Positions 28,870-38,288 of a DNA stretch of 64,000 nt are shown piece after piece. Under the pieces are notes generated by a model. It did no database searches, had not been told where the DNA came from, and worked only from the letters and a program-made list of their open reading frames with translations. Location of the stretch: NCBI GenBank assembly GCA_036229005.1, contig JAZAMN010000004.1, positions 115,902-179,901 on the forward strand, in the 5' to 3' direction. The DNA is from Myxococcota bacterium. Lineage in GTDB: Bacteria; Myxococcota_A; UBA796; CAJQPC01. Numbering within the stretch: position 1 is the stretch's first letter; every line of letters starts with the position of its first letter. Made by a program: the position numbers and the translations under genes.

Positions 28870-29949
28870 ATGGACCGACTCCCCCAGCACATGGGGGTGC
28901 TGCAGATCGAACTCACCGATCTCTGCAACCTGAGCTGCAGCATGTGTGCCCCTCACCACGAGGGGTGGGCCACCGTGCACGGGATCCCGAAAGGCAAGAT
29001 GGACTTCGCCGTCTACGAGGCGATCGTGGGGCGTCTGGCCGCCGAGGACTGTCGCTTCGACCACATCATCTTCCAGTGGCTGGGGGATCCCTCGCTGCAC
29101 AGCCGGCTGGAGGACATGCTGGCCCTGGCCCAGGAGCGGCTGGGGGACCGGGTGGGCTACCTGCGGGTGGACACCAACGCCATCACCCTGACGCCCGCCC
29201 GGATGGATCGGCTGGTGGAGCTCTACGCCCGGCACCCCCAGGTCCCGCTGCTGCTGGTGTTCACCCTGGACGCGGCGACGCCGGAGACCTACCGCCGCGT
29301 GAAGGGGCAGGATGCGCTGGAGCGGGTGCGCCGCAACGTCCGCCGCCTCCTGATGCAGCGCGCCCGCCTGGACCTTGAGGACGTGCGCCTGAACGTGGAG
29401 CTGCAGTTCGTCCTGCAGGAGGGGAACGCCCATGAGCTGGGGCAGTTCGTCCGCTACTGGGAGCGCACGCTGGCTTGCTACGGGGGCAAGGGGCACAGCG
29501 ATCTGATGATCAAGCGCCTGTCGGTGGGGGCAGGGGGTGCGGGGCAGCAGGCCGCCGACGCGCTCTATCAGCGCCGGGTGGCCGAAGAGGGGCTCCGAGC
29601 CTTCCGCTCCGACCACCTGGAGCTCAAGCTCTGGGAGTCCTCCCCCTGGGAGAAGGCGGAGCCGGGCCCCCGGCAGGCCTGTCCGGGGCTCTGGCTCACG
29701 CCGGTGATCCGCCACGACGGGCACCTGTTGATGTGCTGCGCCGACCTGTCCTCGCAGATGGACCTGGGGCCGGTACACGAGTCCGGGTTCCGCGCTCTCT
29801 GGGAAGGTGAGCAAGCCGATGGATACCGGACAGCGCACCTCCAAGGCCGCTTCGAGGAGCTTGAGGCCTGCCGCGACTGTGGCGGAATTCAGTGGTATGA
29901 CCTGCCCATGACCCTTGTGGACGCGACCCTGGAGCGGACGGGAGCCTGA
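28870..29949 (+). CDS. Radical SAM/SPASM(twitch) protein
   Basis: CNLSCSMC; C-terminal CPGLW...MCC..CRDC. Confidence 0.9.
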   Translation: MDRLPQHMGVLQIELTDLCNLSCSMCAPHHEGWATVHGIPKGKMDFAVYEAIVGRLAAEDCRFDHIIFQWLGDPSLHSRLEDMLALAQERLGDRVGYLRVDTNAITLTPARMDRLVELYARHPQVPLLLVFTLDAATPETYRRVKGQDALERVRRNVRRLLMQRARLDLEDVRLNVELQFVLQEGNAHELGQFVRYWERTLACYGGKGHSDLMIKRLSVGAGGAGQQAADALYQRRVAEEGLRAFRSDHLELKLWESSPWEKAEPGPRQACPGLWLTPVIRHDGHLLMCCADLSSQMDLGPVHESGFRALWEGEQADGYRTAHLQGRFEELEACRDCGGIQWYDLPMTLVDATLERTGA

Positions 29950-29950
29950 G

Positions 29951-31444
29951 TTGCCTTGGCTGACCCTGGGAGTCCTGGCCGCCTGCACGGACCCTGTCGC
30001 CGGGGAGTCCGGGGACAGCGCGCTCGACCCGAGGCTCGAACTGGGCCCGGTTCAGCGCTGTGAGCAGCCGGGGGAGCTCGCCTATGCCGAGGTCGGACAG
30101 GCGCAGGGATTGGTGCCGCCGGGTGTGGTGCCCGAGCACATGGAGGACGCCGGCACGCTGCTGTTGACCGACCTGGACGGGGATGGGCACCCGGAGCTGC
30201 TGCACGGCTGGTTCGACGAGTTCCTGCTTGTGCATGGGCTGGGCGGGCCGGAGCCATGGAGCGAGCGGCTGCCCTTTGGAGTGGCCGGGCTGGTGGTGCT
30301 GCCGGAGACCGGACACCTGGCCTTCCTCTCGGAGGGGCTGTTCATGGTGGATCCCGGTTCGTGGACCGTGAAGGGGCTCGTGGAGGGCGAGATCGACGGG
30401 CGGCTGCGCAGCCCCTCGGTGGGCGACTTCGATGGGGACGGGGTGCCGGACCTCTTTGTCCCCCGGGGTCACCCCGAGGACCCGGCGCAGCGCACCGATC
30501 TGGTGTTGTGGGGGCGCGGCGGCGATGCGTTCGTGCTGGAGGAGCTGCCTGTGAGCCTGAGCGGAGAGGCCTTCGACAGCCAGGCGCTGGACTGGAACGG
30601 TGACGGCCTGCTGGACGTCTACGTGGACAACGATCGCGGGGAGACCCGGGGGCACAACCAGCTCTTTGTGGGCGGCGCGCACGGTCTGGAGGCGGCGACC
30701 GACCAGTGCGGCGCCTGCAACCTGGCGCACAGCGGGATGGGGGCCCACGCGGGGGACGTGAACGGCGACGGCGCCCCCGATCTGCTGTTGGCGGGCACGC
30801 GCTACGCCGAGCTGCTGCTCAGCACCGGGCCTGGCGCTCCGCTCGTGCAGCAGCCCTCCAGTGTGCTGCCGGACCTGGGCTCCGCCGGCATGTATTGGGG
30901 GGGCGTCATCACCGACGTGGACAACGATGGGCGCCCCGACCTCTGGCTGGCCACGGGCCCGCAGAGCTACCCCGAGTTGGGGACCGGGGTGGTGGTCGGC
31001 GACCCTACGCCCCCGGTCCTGGCCCTCCAACAGGCCGACGGTGGGTTCGTGGACGCGGCCGCCAGCTTGGGGCTCGCCGAGCCGGGGGTGTGGCGCGCCA
31101 CCCTCGCCTGGGACCTGAACGGGGACGGGGTGCTCGACCTGCTGCTGGGCTCAGCCACCGAGCGGCCGCTGCTGTTCATGAGTCAGGGCTGCACGGAGAA
31201 CGCCTGGCTCCAGGTCGACGGCCCCGAGGGCACCCGGGTCGAGGTGGAGACCGCGGCCGGCGTACAGGTGGGCTGGGTGAGCGCCGAGCAGGGCTATGAG
31301 TCCCGCGCTCCGGCGCGGCTGCACCTGGGCCTGGGCCCGCACGAGGAGATCCTCTCTCTGCGCGTGCGGGTCCCTGGAGAGGCCCAGAGCCACAGCGCCG
31401 GCCCCCTGGAGGCCCGGCGCGTGATCACGGTGCAGACGGACTGA
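29951..31444 (+). CDS. FG-GAP/CRTAC1-like repeat lipoprotein with ASPIC/UnbV-like C-terminus
   Basis: Repeated D.DGDG.PDL motifs; LHLGLG C-terminal motif; LAAC lipobox. Confidence 0.85.
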   Translation: MPWLTLGVLAACTDPVAGESGDSALDPRLELGPVQRCEQPGELAYAEVGQAQGLVPPGVVPEHMEDAGTLLLTDLDGDGHPELLHGWFDEFLLVHGLGGPEPWSERLPFGVAGLVVLPETGHLAFLSEGLFMVDPGSWTVKGLVEGEIDGRLRSPSVGDFDGDGVPDLFVPRGHPEDPAQRTDLVLWGRGGDAFVLEELPVSLSGEAFDSQALDWNGDGLLDVYVDNDRGETRGHNQLFVGGAHGLEAATDQCGACNLAHSGMGAHAGDVNGDGAPDLLLAGTRYAELLLSTGPGAPLVQQPSSVLPDLGSAGMYWGGVITDVDNDGRPDLWLATGPQSYPELGTGVVVGDPTPPVLALQQADGGFVDAAASLGLAEPGVWRATLAWDLNGDGVLDLLLGSATERPLLFMSQGCTENAWLQVDGPEGTRVEVETAAGVQVGWVSAEQGYESRAPARLHLGLGPHEEILSLRVRVPGEAQSHSAGPLEARRVITVQTD

Positions 31445-31448
31445 GCGT

Positions 31449-31763
31449 TGTATGACCTCCACCAGGGCCAGGAACGTCTCCTGACCCTCACCATGGAGGT
31501 CTCCAGGAGAGTCGGGCCGAGCGAGCGCAAGCGAGCGAGGCCCTCCTCGACCGATGGCGTACCCTGCTGGGCATGGTCATCAGGAGAGGGTCGCCGCGAC
31601 TGAGCGAGGGCGTTGTGCCCGTTTCTGAGATTGGCGCCTTCGACCTGGCGATGAGAGCTCGGACGGTATCTCGGGGCCCGCGACGTGCGCGGTGTCCCCG
31701 CATGCACAAGTGCGGGTGCTCGCCAGTCGTCGAGGCTCCTGGAGGCTTCCTTCGGAGGACGTG
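31449..31763 (+). ncRNA. IS110 bridge RNA region (target-binding loop ~31592-31636, donor-binding loop ~31641-31735)
   Basis: Guides GACTGAGCG and TTCTGAGAT match the flanks; ACGGTATCT and ACAAG match the element ends; each guide pair surrounds an internal hairpin and has a closing stem. Confidence 0.88.
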
Positions 31764-32939
31764 ATGAAGCACTACGCCGGCATCGATGTGGGCAAGGGCA
31801 AGCACTGGCTTGCCATCGTCGACGAGGACGACAAGGTCGTCTTCAAGTCCAAGGGCTTCCCGGAGACGCGGGAGGGCTTTGAAGCCATGAACGAGGTGCT
31901 GGAGCAGCATTCAATTGCGCTCCTCGCGCTCGAGGCCACCGGTCACTACTGGAAGAACCTCTTCGTCGAGCTGGTGGCCGTCGCGGGCTTGCAGGTCGCC
32001 TTGGTCAACCCTCGGCGCACGGCGGCCTTCGCCAAGGAGGAGCAGACACGCGTCAAGACGGACGCGGCGGACGCACTCGCCATCGCCCGCTTCTGCCGTC
32101 AGAAGCGTCCTGAGGCGACCGGCCTCGGTGACCTGGCCCTGGAGACCCTGCGCGAGCTCGTCCGCCTGCGGGATCGACTCGTCCAGGACCGCAGCGACCG
32201 TCTCCGGCAGCTCCATCGCGCCATGGATCTCGCCTTCCCGGAGTTCCCCAAGCTGGTCACCCTCGACAGCCAGCTCGCCTGGACGCTGCTGCAGAAGTGG
32301 CCGACTGCGCTCGCCTTCCAAAAGGCAAAGCGCGCAAGGATCTCCGCGACCGTCTACGACGGCCGGCACCACGTCGGGCGCGAGCGCGCCGAGGCCATCC
32401 AGAGAGCGGCCAAGCGCACCGTCGGCGCCCACCAGGGCGAGGTCTGGGCGATGCAGATCCGCATGTATGCCGAAGACCTGGAGCTCTTCACCAAGCGCAT
32501 CCGGCAGCTGGATCAGGACATCGAGACCTTCCTGGATGGCCACGACGTGGGCAAGCGCATCACCACAATTCCAGGTCTGGGGCCAAACAGCGCAGCCCGC
32601 ATCCTGGCGGCCGCTGACCCGACGCAGTTCCGCAGCGCGAAAGCCTTCACCGCCTACTTCGGCGTCACGCCCTATACCCGCAAGAGCGGCTCTTCCAAGA
32701 CCTCCGACCGGGCCGCCATCTCACGCATCGGCAACGCTGAGCTCCGACGCAAGCTCTGGATGCCGACCCTGACCGCCATTCAGAAGAACCCCGCCATCAA
32801 GCCCTTCTACGAGCGGCTCCGGGAGCGGGGCAAGCCACCCAAGGTCGCCTTGGTGGCCTCCATGCGGAAGCTGCTCACCGTCGTCTACGCAGTCGCGAAC
32901 CAGGGTCATGGTTTCGTCGTGAGATCAGAAACCGGTTGA
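31764..32939 (+). CDS. IS110 family recombinase/transposase (391 aa)
   Basis: GIDVGK, LEATGHYW, KTDAADA (DEDD RuvC-like); IPGLG, GVTP...SGSS, SRIGNAELR, MRKL. Confidence 0.97.
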   Translation: MKHYAGIDVGKGKHWLAIVDEDDKVVFKSKGFPETREGFEAMNEVLEQHSIALLALEATGHYWKNLFVELVAVAGLQVALVNPRRTAAFAKEEQTRVKTDAADALAIARFCRQKRPEATGLGDLALETLRELVRLRDRLVQDRSDRLRQLHRAMDLAFPEFPKLVTLDSQLAWTLLQKWPTALAFQKAKRARISATVYDGRHHVGRERAEAIQRAAKRTVGAHQGEVWAMQIRMYAEDLELFTKRIRQLDQDIETFLDGHDVGKRITTIPGLGPNSAARILAAADPTQFRSAKAFTAYFGVTPYTRKSGSSKTSDRAAISRIGNAELRRKLWMPTLTAIQKNPAIKPFYERLRERGKPPKVALVASMRKLLTVVYAVANQGHGFVVRSETG

Positions 32940-32956
32940 CTGGACCAGCCGGTATC

Positions 32957-34546
32957 TCAGAATCGCCCGAAGTCCAGGTCGTCCAGGCGGATGACCGAGT
33001 TGCTCCCGTTGTCACCGACCGCGCGCTTCATGGGGACCTCCGCCTCTTCGCCGCCGCCCGCGGCCAGGTAGGCCTTGATGGCGTTGAGCATCTCCGGGTC
33101 CAGGGTGCTGGGGTCGAAGCCCTGGCCCTGCACCTCGGGGGGCTTGAGCGTGAAGCGCTTGAGGGTCTGCCGCAGGCGGTCGGTCTGTGCGGACAACTGC
33201 TCGCTCGAGGCCGCCCGCTCCTCGGCGCTCGCGGTGTTCCGCTGGGTCACGCCGTCCACCTGGCGCAGGCCGGCCTCGATCTGGGCGATGCCCTGGGCCT
33301 GCTCGTTCGACGCCACGCTGATCTCCGCGACCAGCTCGCCGACCTTGCCGACGCTCTCGACGATCTCGGCCAGCGCCTTTGCGGTCTCCCGGGCGATCGA
33401 GGTGCCCTGGTCCACGCGCTTGATGCTGCCCTCGATCATCTCGGTGGTCTCCCGGGCAGCCTTGGCGCTGCGAGCGGCCAGGTTCCGGACCTCCTCGGCG
33501 ACCACCGCGAAGCCCTTGCCGTGCACACCGGCGCGCGCGGCCTCGACCGCGGCGTTCAGGGCCAGCAGGTTGGTCTGGAAGGCGATCTCGTCGATGACCT
33601 TGATGATCTTGGAGATGTTGTTGCTGGCCTCTTCGATGGAGCCCATCGCGCTGACCATGGCGTTCATGCGCTCGTCGCCGGTCGAGGCCAGATCGCCCGC
33701 CAGCGAAGCCAGCTCATTGGCCATGCTCGCGTTGCCGGCGCTCTGCTTGGTCTGCTGCGCGATCTCGGAGACCGACGCGGTGATCTCCTCCACCGCGGCC
33801 GCCTGCTGCGCTGCGCCATCGGAGAGCGCCACGGAGCTGGCCGCCACCTCCATCGCGCCGCCAGCGATCTCGTCCACCGCGACGGAGACCTGGCTGAGGA
33901 TCTCGTTCAGTCCGTCCAGGCTCCCGTTCAGCCCGTCGGCCAGCGCCGCGTGGTCTCCCTCGTACTCCTGGTCGATGTACGCCGTCAGGTCCCCCTCGGC
34001 GACGCGGCCCAGCTTCTCGCGCAGGTCGTGGATGGGCTGGATGCAGGTGTCCAGGATCTGGTTCACCTGGTCCATCATCACGCGCGCTTCGCCCTCCAGG
34101 ACCGAGCTGTCCCCGCGCACGGAGAGGTCGCCGACCGAAGCCGCGTGGTGCACCCGCTCCAACTGGCCCTTGAAGCCCGACAGGAGGTTCAGATCCTCCC
34201 ACTCGACCACGTTCCCGGCGTAGTTGCCGTCGGCGTCCCAGACCATCTGCACGTGCAGCCCAAAGCGCAGCTCACCCACCGGGACGGCCGCCTTCCAGGG
34301 CATTTGCGAGGCGTCGGAGAGGATGGCCTGCTGCTTGTGGCTCTGCTTGTGGAACACCGCCACCGGCTTGCCGACGATGTCCTCCGGGGAGAAGTCCGGG
34401 AACATGCTCCGCAGGTAGTCCGCGTAGCGATGGAACATCTCCAGCATCGCGGGCGAGGCGTAGGTGATCACCTGATCGGCGTCGCAGATGAGCATGCAGC
34501 TACTGGAGTGCTCCAGAGCGGCCAAGTAAGGGCTGGGGGATGCCAC
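32957..34546 (-). CDS. Soluble PAS-domain methyl-accepting chemotaxis protein (Aer2-like)
   Basis: [23 protein letters not shown] with FHK and VEW; no TM; C-terminal DFGRF; GTG start after AGGAGG. Confidence 0.92.
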   Translation of the reverse strand: MASPSPYLAALEHSSSCMLICDADQVITYASPAMLEMFHRYADYLRSMFPDFSPEDIVGKPVAVFHKQSHKQQAILSDASQMPWKAAVPVGELRFGLHVQMVWDADGNYAGNVVEWEDLNLLSGFKGQLERVHHAASVGDLSVRGDSSVLEGEARVMMDQVNQILDTCIQPIHDLREKLGRVAEGDLTAYIDQEYEGDHAALADGLNGSLDGLNEILSQVSVAVDEIAGGAMEVAASSVALSDGAAQQAAAVEEITASVSEIAQQTKQSAGNASMANELASLAGDLASTGDERMNAMVSAMGSIEEASNNISKIIKVIDEIAFQTNLLALNAAVEAARAGVHGKGFAVVAEEVRNLAARSAKAARETTEMIEGSIKRVDQGTSIARETAKALAEIVESVGKVGELVAEISVASNEQAQGIAQIEAGLRQVDGVTQRNTASAEERAASSEQLSAQTDRLRQTLKRFTLKPPEVQGQGFDPSTLDPEMLNAIKAYLAAGGGEEAEVPMKRAVGDNGSNSVIRLDDLDFGRF

Positions 34547-34604
34547 GGGACCTCCTGTGCAAGGGAACAACGGCACCGGAATCCCAAGGTTGAGCCAAAG
34601 TCTT

Positions 34605-36149
34605 TCAGCCTGATCCCCGTCCTCCGCGGATGCTCCGCGCGAGCGCATCCAGCCGCGCCCCAAGTCCACTGGCCCGCAGCTCGGCCTCCTGGGCCCGCAG
34701 CTCCGCCTCCGCCAGCAGCCCCCGAAGCTGATCCCGATCACGGTCCCCCGCGCGCAGCTCCGCGTTCTTCTTGGCCAGCTCCGCCCGCGCCTCGGCCAGC
34801 AGCCGCTCCAGGCCCTGGACCTCCCTCGCTAGCCCCTGCCCCTGCGCACCCATCACCGCGATGGCCTCGCGCTTGAACCCAGCCACCTCCTCCAGTCCGC
34901 GGGCCATGTCCGCGATCGTGGTGGTCAGCTCAGCCACTTGCGCGCTCAGCCCCTCGACCTCCTGGCGCTTCTGGACCACCTCGCGCTCCGCCCGACCCTG
35001 GGCCGCCGCCGCTGCCTCCAGCTTTCCGAGGAGGGATCCCACCTGTACGGACAGCTCGGCTGCACCTCCCAGAGCCGGAGCCCCCTTCTCCCGGGGCCTG
35101 GGATCCTGGGCCCAAGCGAGGAGACCCGCAGCCACCCGGTCCCAGGCCATCTCCCCGGCCAGCGCCCGCGCCGCCTCCGAGCGCGCCTGCAGCTCCGGAC
35201 CGCCCTCCAGCACCGCGTCCAGCGCGTCCTCGAGCGAGCCACCCACCCAGCCTGCGCCCGCCGCGTCCACCCGAGCGCTCAGGGGGTGGAAGTCGCCTGT
35301 GATCAGCGGAAGACCGCACCCCAGGCTGTCCACGTGCCGGAAGGCCAGCGCCAGCTCCCGCTCAAAGTGCGGCTGCATCCAGTCCAGCGCCGCCCAGCCC
35401 TGGCTGTAGCGCGCCAGGAGCTGGTGGTAGGGCAGGCGGGCGTCCTCGATGACCAGGCGCTTGCTCTGGGGCAGCCGGGGGGCGTCCACCCCGTGCCCCA
35501 CGCCGGGCTGACCGCCCAGCACCACGATCCGCCCCTTGCGCCGCTTCTCCAGGTGCGCCACGGCGCGCTCCAGCCCGGGGAGGGGGTCGATCCACGGCCA
35601 GGCCACCCCGCCCATCAGGATCTCGGGGTGTCGGCTGCGCTTGCCGGGGGCCACCTGCGGCGCGGCCAGAGGGACCACCGCACCCAGCGCCGGGTCCATG
35701 CCGGCGAGCACCATCAAGCCCAGGTTGAACCAGCGCTGTCGCTCGTTGGAGAAGAGCACGAAGTCGGCCGCGTGTAGGGCCGTCAGGGTGTGCTCAGCGG
35801 CCTTGGCGGTCGCCCCCTGAAAGTGCGCCTCCAGCAGCCGCGGCGCGTAGAGATCCACGCACAGCGGCGCGATCCCGGCGAGCGCGTGGGCCTCCTCGGG
35901 CTGCACGCACAGGATGGCCCCCGGCTGGATCGCCTGCGCCATGCGCCGGAGCTGGTCGGCGTCCTGGAAGCCCGGCGGGTCCCCCGGCAGCGTGTCCTGC
36001 GCCCGGGTCAGCGGGATCACCTGATGCCCGGCGGCCTCCAGGGCCCGCTTGTGGTTCCCCGCCCGGATCGCCCCGCCGGAGCCCGGTCGCGTGGAGGCCG
36101 GGCCCTGCTCGGCGGGCAGGACGCCATGAAACACCATCAGGATGCGCAT
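34605..36149 (-). CDS. GT-B glycosyltransferase-like protein with C-terminal coiled coil
   Basis: MRILMV start, [24 protein letters not shown]; ~140-aa heptad tail. Confidence 0.75.
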   Translation of the reverse strand: MRILMVFHGVLPAEQGPASTRPGSGGAIRAGNHKRALEAAGHQVIPLTRAQDTLPGDPPGFQDADQLRRMAQAIQPGAILCVQPEEAHALAGIAPLCVDLYAPRLLEAHFQGATAKAAEHTLTALHAADFVLFSNERQRWFNLGLMVLAGMDPALGAVVPLAAPQVAPGKRSRHPEILMGGVAWPWIDPLPGLERAVAHLEKRRKGRIVVLGGQPGVGHGVDAPRLPQSKRLVIEDARLPYHQLLARYSQGWAALDWMQPHFERELALAFRHVDSLGCGLPLITGDFHPLSARVDAAGAGWVGGSLEDALDAVLEGGPELQARSEAARALAGEMAWDRVAAGLLAWAQDPRPREKGAPALGGAAELSVQVGSLLGKLEAAAAAQGRAEREVVQKRQEVEGLSAQVAELTTTIADMARGLEEVAGFKREAIAVMGAQGQGLAREVQGLERLLAEARAELAKKNAELRAGDRDRDQLRGLLAEAELRAQEAELRASGLGARLDALARSIRGGRGSG

Positions 36150-36191
36150 GGGGCAAGGGTACAGCACCCGCGCGCGGGCTACCCTGCCAGC

Positions 36192-38282
36192 GTGTCCTCG
36201 CCTTCACCACCGGTGCAACAGAGTGCTGCGCGCCGCGAGCTTTCGCGGAATGTGCGCATGTATCTGTCGCGGGCCCTCAACCGCTCTCTCGCCCCCCCTG
36301 ACTGGCTCAGCGTCAACCTGACCCTGCGCTGCAACCTGTCCTGCACCATGTGCACGACCTGCTACGACGTGCCCGACGAGCTGAGCACGCGCGAGATCAA
36401 GGACCTGATCGACCAGGCCCAGGCCATGGGCGTGCAGGTCTTCAACCCCCTGGGCGGCGAGCTCTTCATGCGCGGCGACCTGGAGGAGATCCTGGCCCAC
36501 GCCGCGGGCGCCGGCTTCTACGTGACCATCACGACCAACGGCACGCTGATCAACACGCGCCGCGCCGAGATGCTGGCCACCATCCCTCCCAGCCGCCTGC
36601 ACCTGAACATCAGCCTGGACGGGCCGGAGGCCATCCACGACAGCATCCGCGGCGAGGGTATGTACCGCCGCGCGCTCAAGGGCTACCACCGCCTGCGCGA
36701 GGCCGACCAGACCGCCGGGAACCCCCACCGCAAGGTGCTCGCCAACACCATCGTCCACCGGCGCAACCTGGAGCAGCTCCCGGAGTTTCTGGACCATTTG
36801 GCGGACATCGGCTTTGACGGCGTGCAGCTCCTCAACCTCTTCCGCCACGGAAAGGACACGCCCAAAGAGGGCCGCGACCTGTGGATCCGGCCAGAAGACC
36901 TGCCGCGCCTGGAGCCCCTGGTGGAGACCCTGGTGGGCCGCCTCAACGCGCCCCGTCCGGGCTTCGTCATCTTGAATACAGAGCAGGATCTTCGCCTGAT
37001 CTCCCGCTACTACACCCAGGACCTGAGCCCGCTGGAGGCCCCCTGCTGGGCCGGCTGGAAGGAGCTCTACATCAACGCCGACGGTCAGGCCGTGATGTGC
37101 GATGGGAACCTGGACTTCCTCAGCGGCGCCTTCGGGAGCGTGCGCCAGCGGACCCTGCGCGAGCTGTGGGACTCGCCGGCCTTGCGCGAGCGCCGTCAGG
37201 TGGTGAAGACCTGCACCACCCCTTGCATCCAGAGCTGCTACTTGCGCCGCGACTCCGACGATCCCCAGTCCCTGGCCCGCACCGCCCTGTCCCTGGCCGC
37301 CAAGGCCGCCCGAAAGCGCGCGGAGAAGGTGGTCCAGCGCCTGCGCCCCCGAGCCACCGAGCGCGTCGACGGCGGTGTGCTCACCCTGGAGCTCTCGGAC
37401 CTGGCCCCCTGGGAGAGCCCCTGGGATCCCAACACCTTGCAGCGCTGGCGCGCCTTCTCCGCCGGCTGCCCCACCCCCATCGAGCAGGCCTGGACCGACG
37501 AGCCCGCCTGGGATGGACTGCGCGACCGCGGCTACCTGGACTTCGGCCGCGGCTTCATGGGGCGCGAGCTGGTGCAGGCCATCCTCGACGACCTGCGCAG
37601 CGCCCGCCTGGTCTTCCCGACCCTCCAGCTCTCCTGGCGCGGTGAGCCCCTGCTGCACCCCGAGCGCGAGCCCATCCTGCGCGCGGTGCTCTCCGCCATC
37701 GCCGACGACGGGGTGTTCGAGCGCCTCCAGGTGGTGACCGACGGGCGGCTCTTGGGCGAATCGCTCCAGCATGTCCTCGCCGACTACGCGCATGTCCCTC
37801 AGACGTGGATCCTGCACGGCAATGGCATGGGGTTGGAGGAGGATGTGTGTAGGGAGCACTTCCTCGCTCACCTCTCCCAAGACCGGCCCGCGACCCAGCT
37901 CCTCGCCGCCTGGACCGCAGACGAGGACATCGATCCCTTCTCCGTGGTCGAGCCCTGGCTGGAGCGCGGCTTTGACGCTCCGGTGGTCATCGGCAGGCAG
38001 CCCAGCGCGGGCAACGCCATCTGGATCCGGCCGCCCCAGACCGGCCACTTCGAGCAGGACACGGTGGCCCGCGAGCGCCTGCTGGAGTGGGCGGAGCTGC
38101 TGGACGTGACCCCCGACCTGGCCCCCCTCAGCCCACCGGACTTCTCTCGGCGGCGCCCCCTCACGCCCACGGTCACCTGGGACGGCAAGCTGGTCGGCAG
38201 CCTGGCCGACGTCACCCTGCGCGGCCGCCTGGGCGAGGTCACGCACCAGCCCCTCTCCGAGATCTGGCGCGGGCTGCCCTGA
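36192..38282 (+). CDS. Radical SAM/SPASM protein fused to a second, Cys-less radical-SAM-like domain
   Basis: CNLSCTMC, GGE, TTNGT, SLDG, CWAG..C..CTTPCIQSC; start uncertain (GTG 36192 or ATG 36258). Confidence 0.85.
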   Translation: MSSPSPPVQQSAARRELSRNVRMYLSRALNRSLAPPDWLSVNLTLRCNLSCTMCTTCYDVPDELSTREIKDLIDQAQAMGVQVFNPLGGELFMRGDLEEILAHAAGAGFYVTITTNGTLINTRRAEMLATIPPSRLHLNISLDGPEAIHDSIRGEGMYRRALKGYHRLREADQTAGNPHRKVLANTIVHRRNLEQLPEFLDHLADIGFDGVQLLNLFRHGKDTPKEGRDLWIRPEDLPRLEPLVETLVGRLNAPRPGFVILNTEQDLRLISRYYTQDLSPLEAPCWAGWKELYINADGQAVMCDGNLDFLSGAFGSVRQRTLRELWDSPALRERRQVVKTCTTPCIQSCYLRRDSDDPQSLARTALSLAAKAARKRAEKVVQRLRPRATERVDGGVLTLELSDLAPWESPWDPNTLQRWRAFSAGCPTPIEQAWTDEPAWDGLRDRGYLDFGRGFMGRELVQAILDDLRSARLVFPTLQLSWRGEPLLHPEREPILRAVLSAIADDGVFERLQVVTDGRLLGESLQHVLADYAHVPQTWILHGNGMGLEEDVCREHFLAHLSQDRPATQLLAAWTADEDIDPFSVVEPWLERGFDAPVVIGRQPSAGNAIWIRPPQTGHFEQDTVARERLLEWAELLDVTPDLAPLSPPDFSRRRPLTPTVTWDGKLVGSLADVTLRGRLGEVTHQPLSEIWRGLP

Positions 38283-38288
38283 GCGCGT

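Larger units (their letters stand above)
31449..32957 (+). mobile_element. IS110-family (IS621-like) insertion sequence, ~1509 bp, no TIRs
   Basis: Left end TGTAT.., right end ..CGGTAT-CT; 315-nt 5' non-coding region; DEDD recombinase; ends defined by guide matches. Confidence 0.92.

Noticed and set aside
31488..31910. Minus-strand 140-aa ORF and 24-aa N-terminal extension of the IS110 recombinase
   Set aside because: They overlap the structured bridge-RNA region; the GGAGG RBS and domain boundary support ATG 31764
31440..32965. Terminal inverted repeats or target duplication for the IS
   Set aside because: None found, as expected for IS110-group elements
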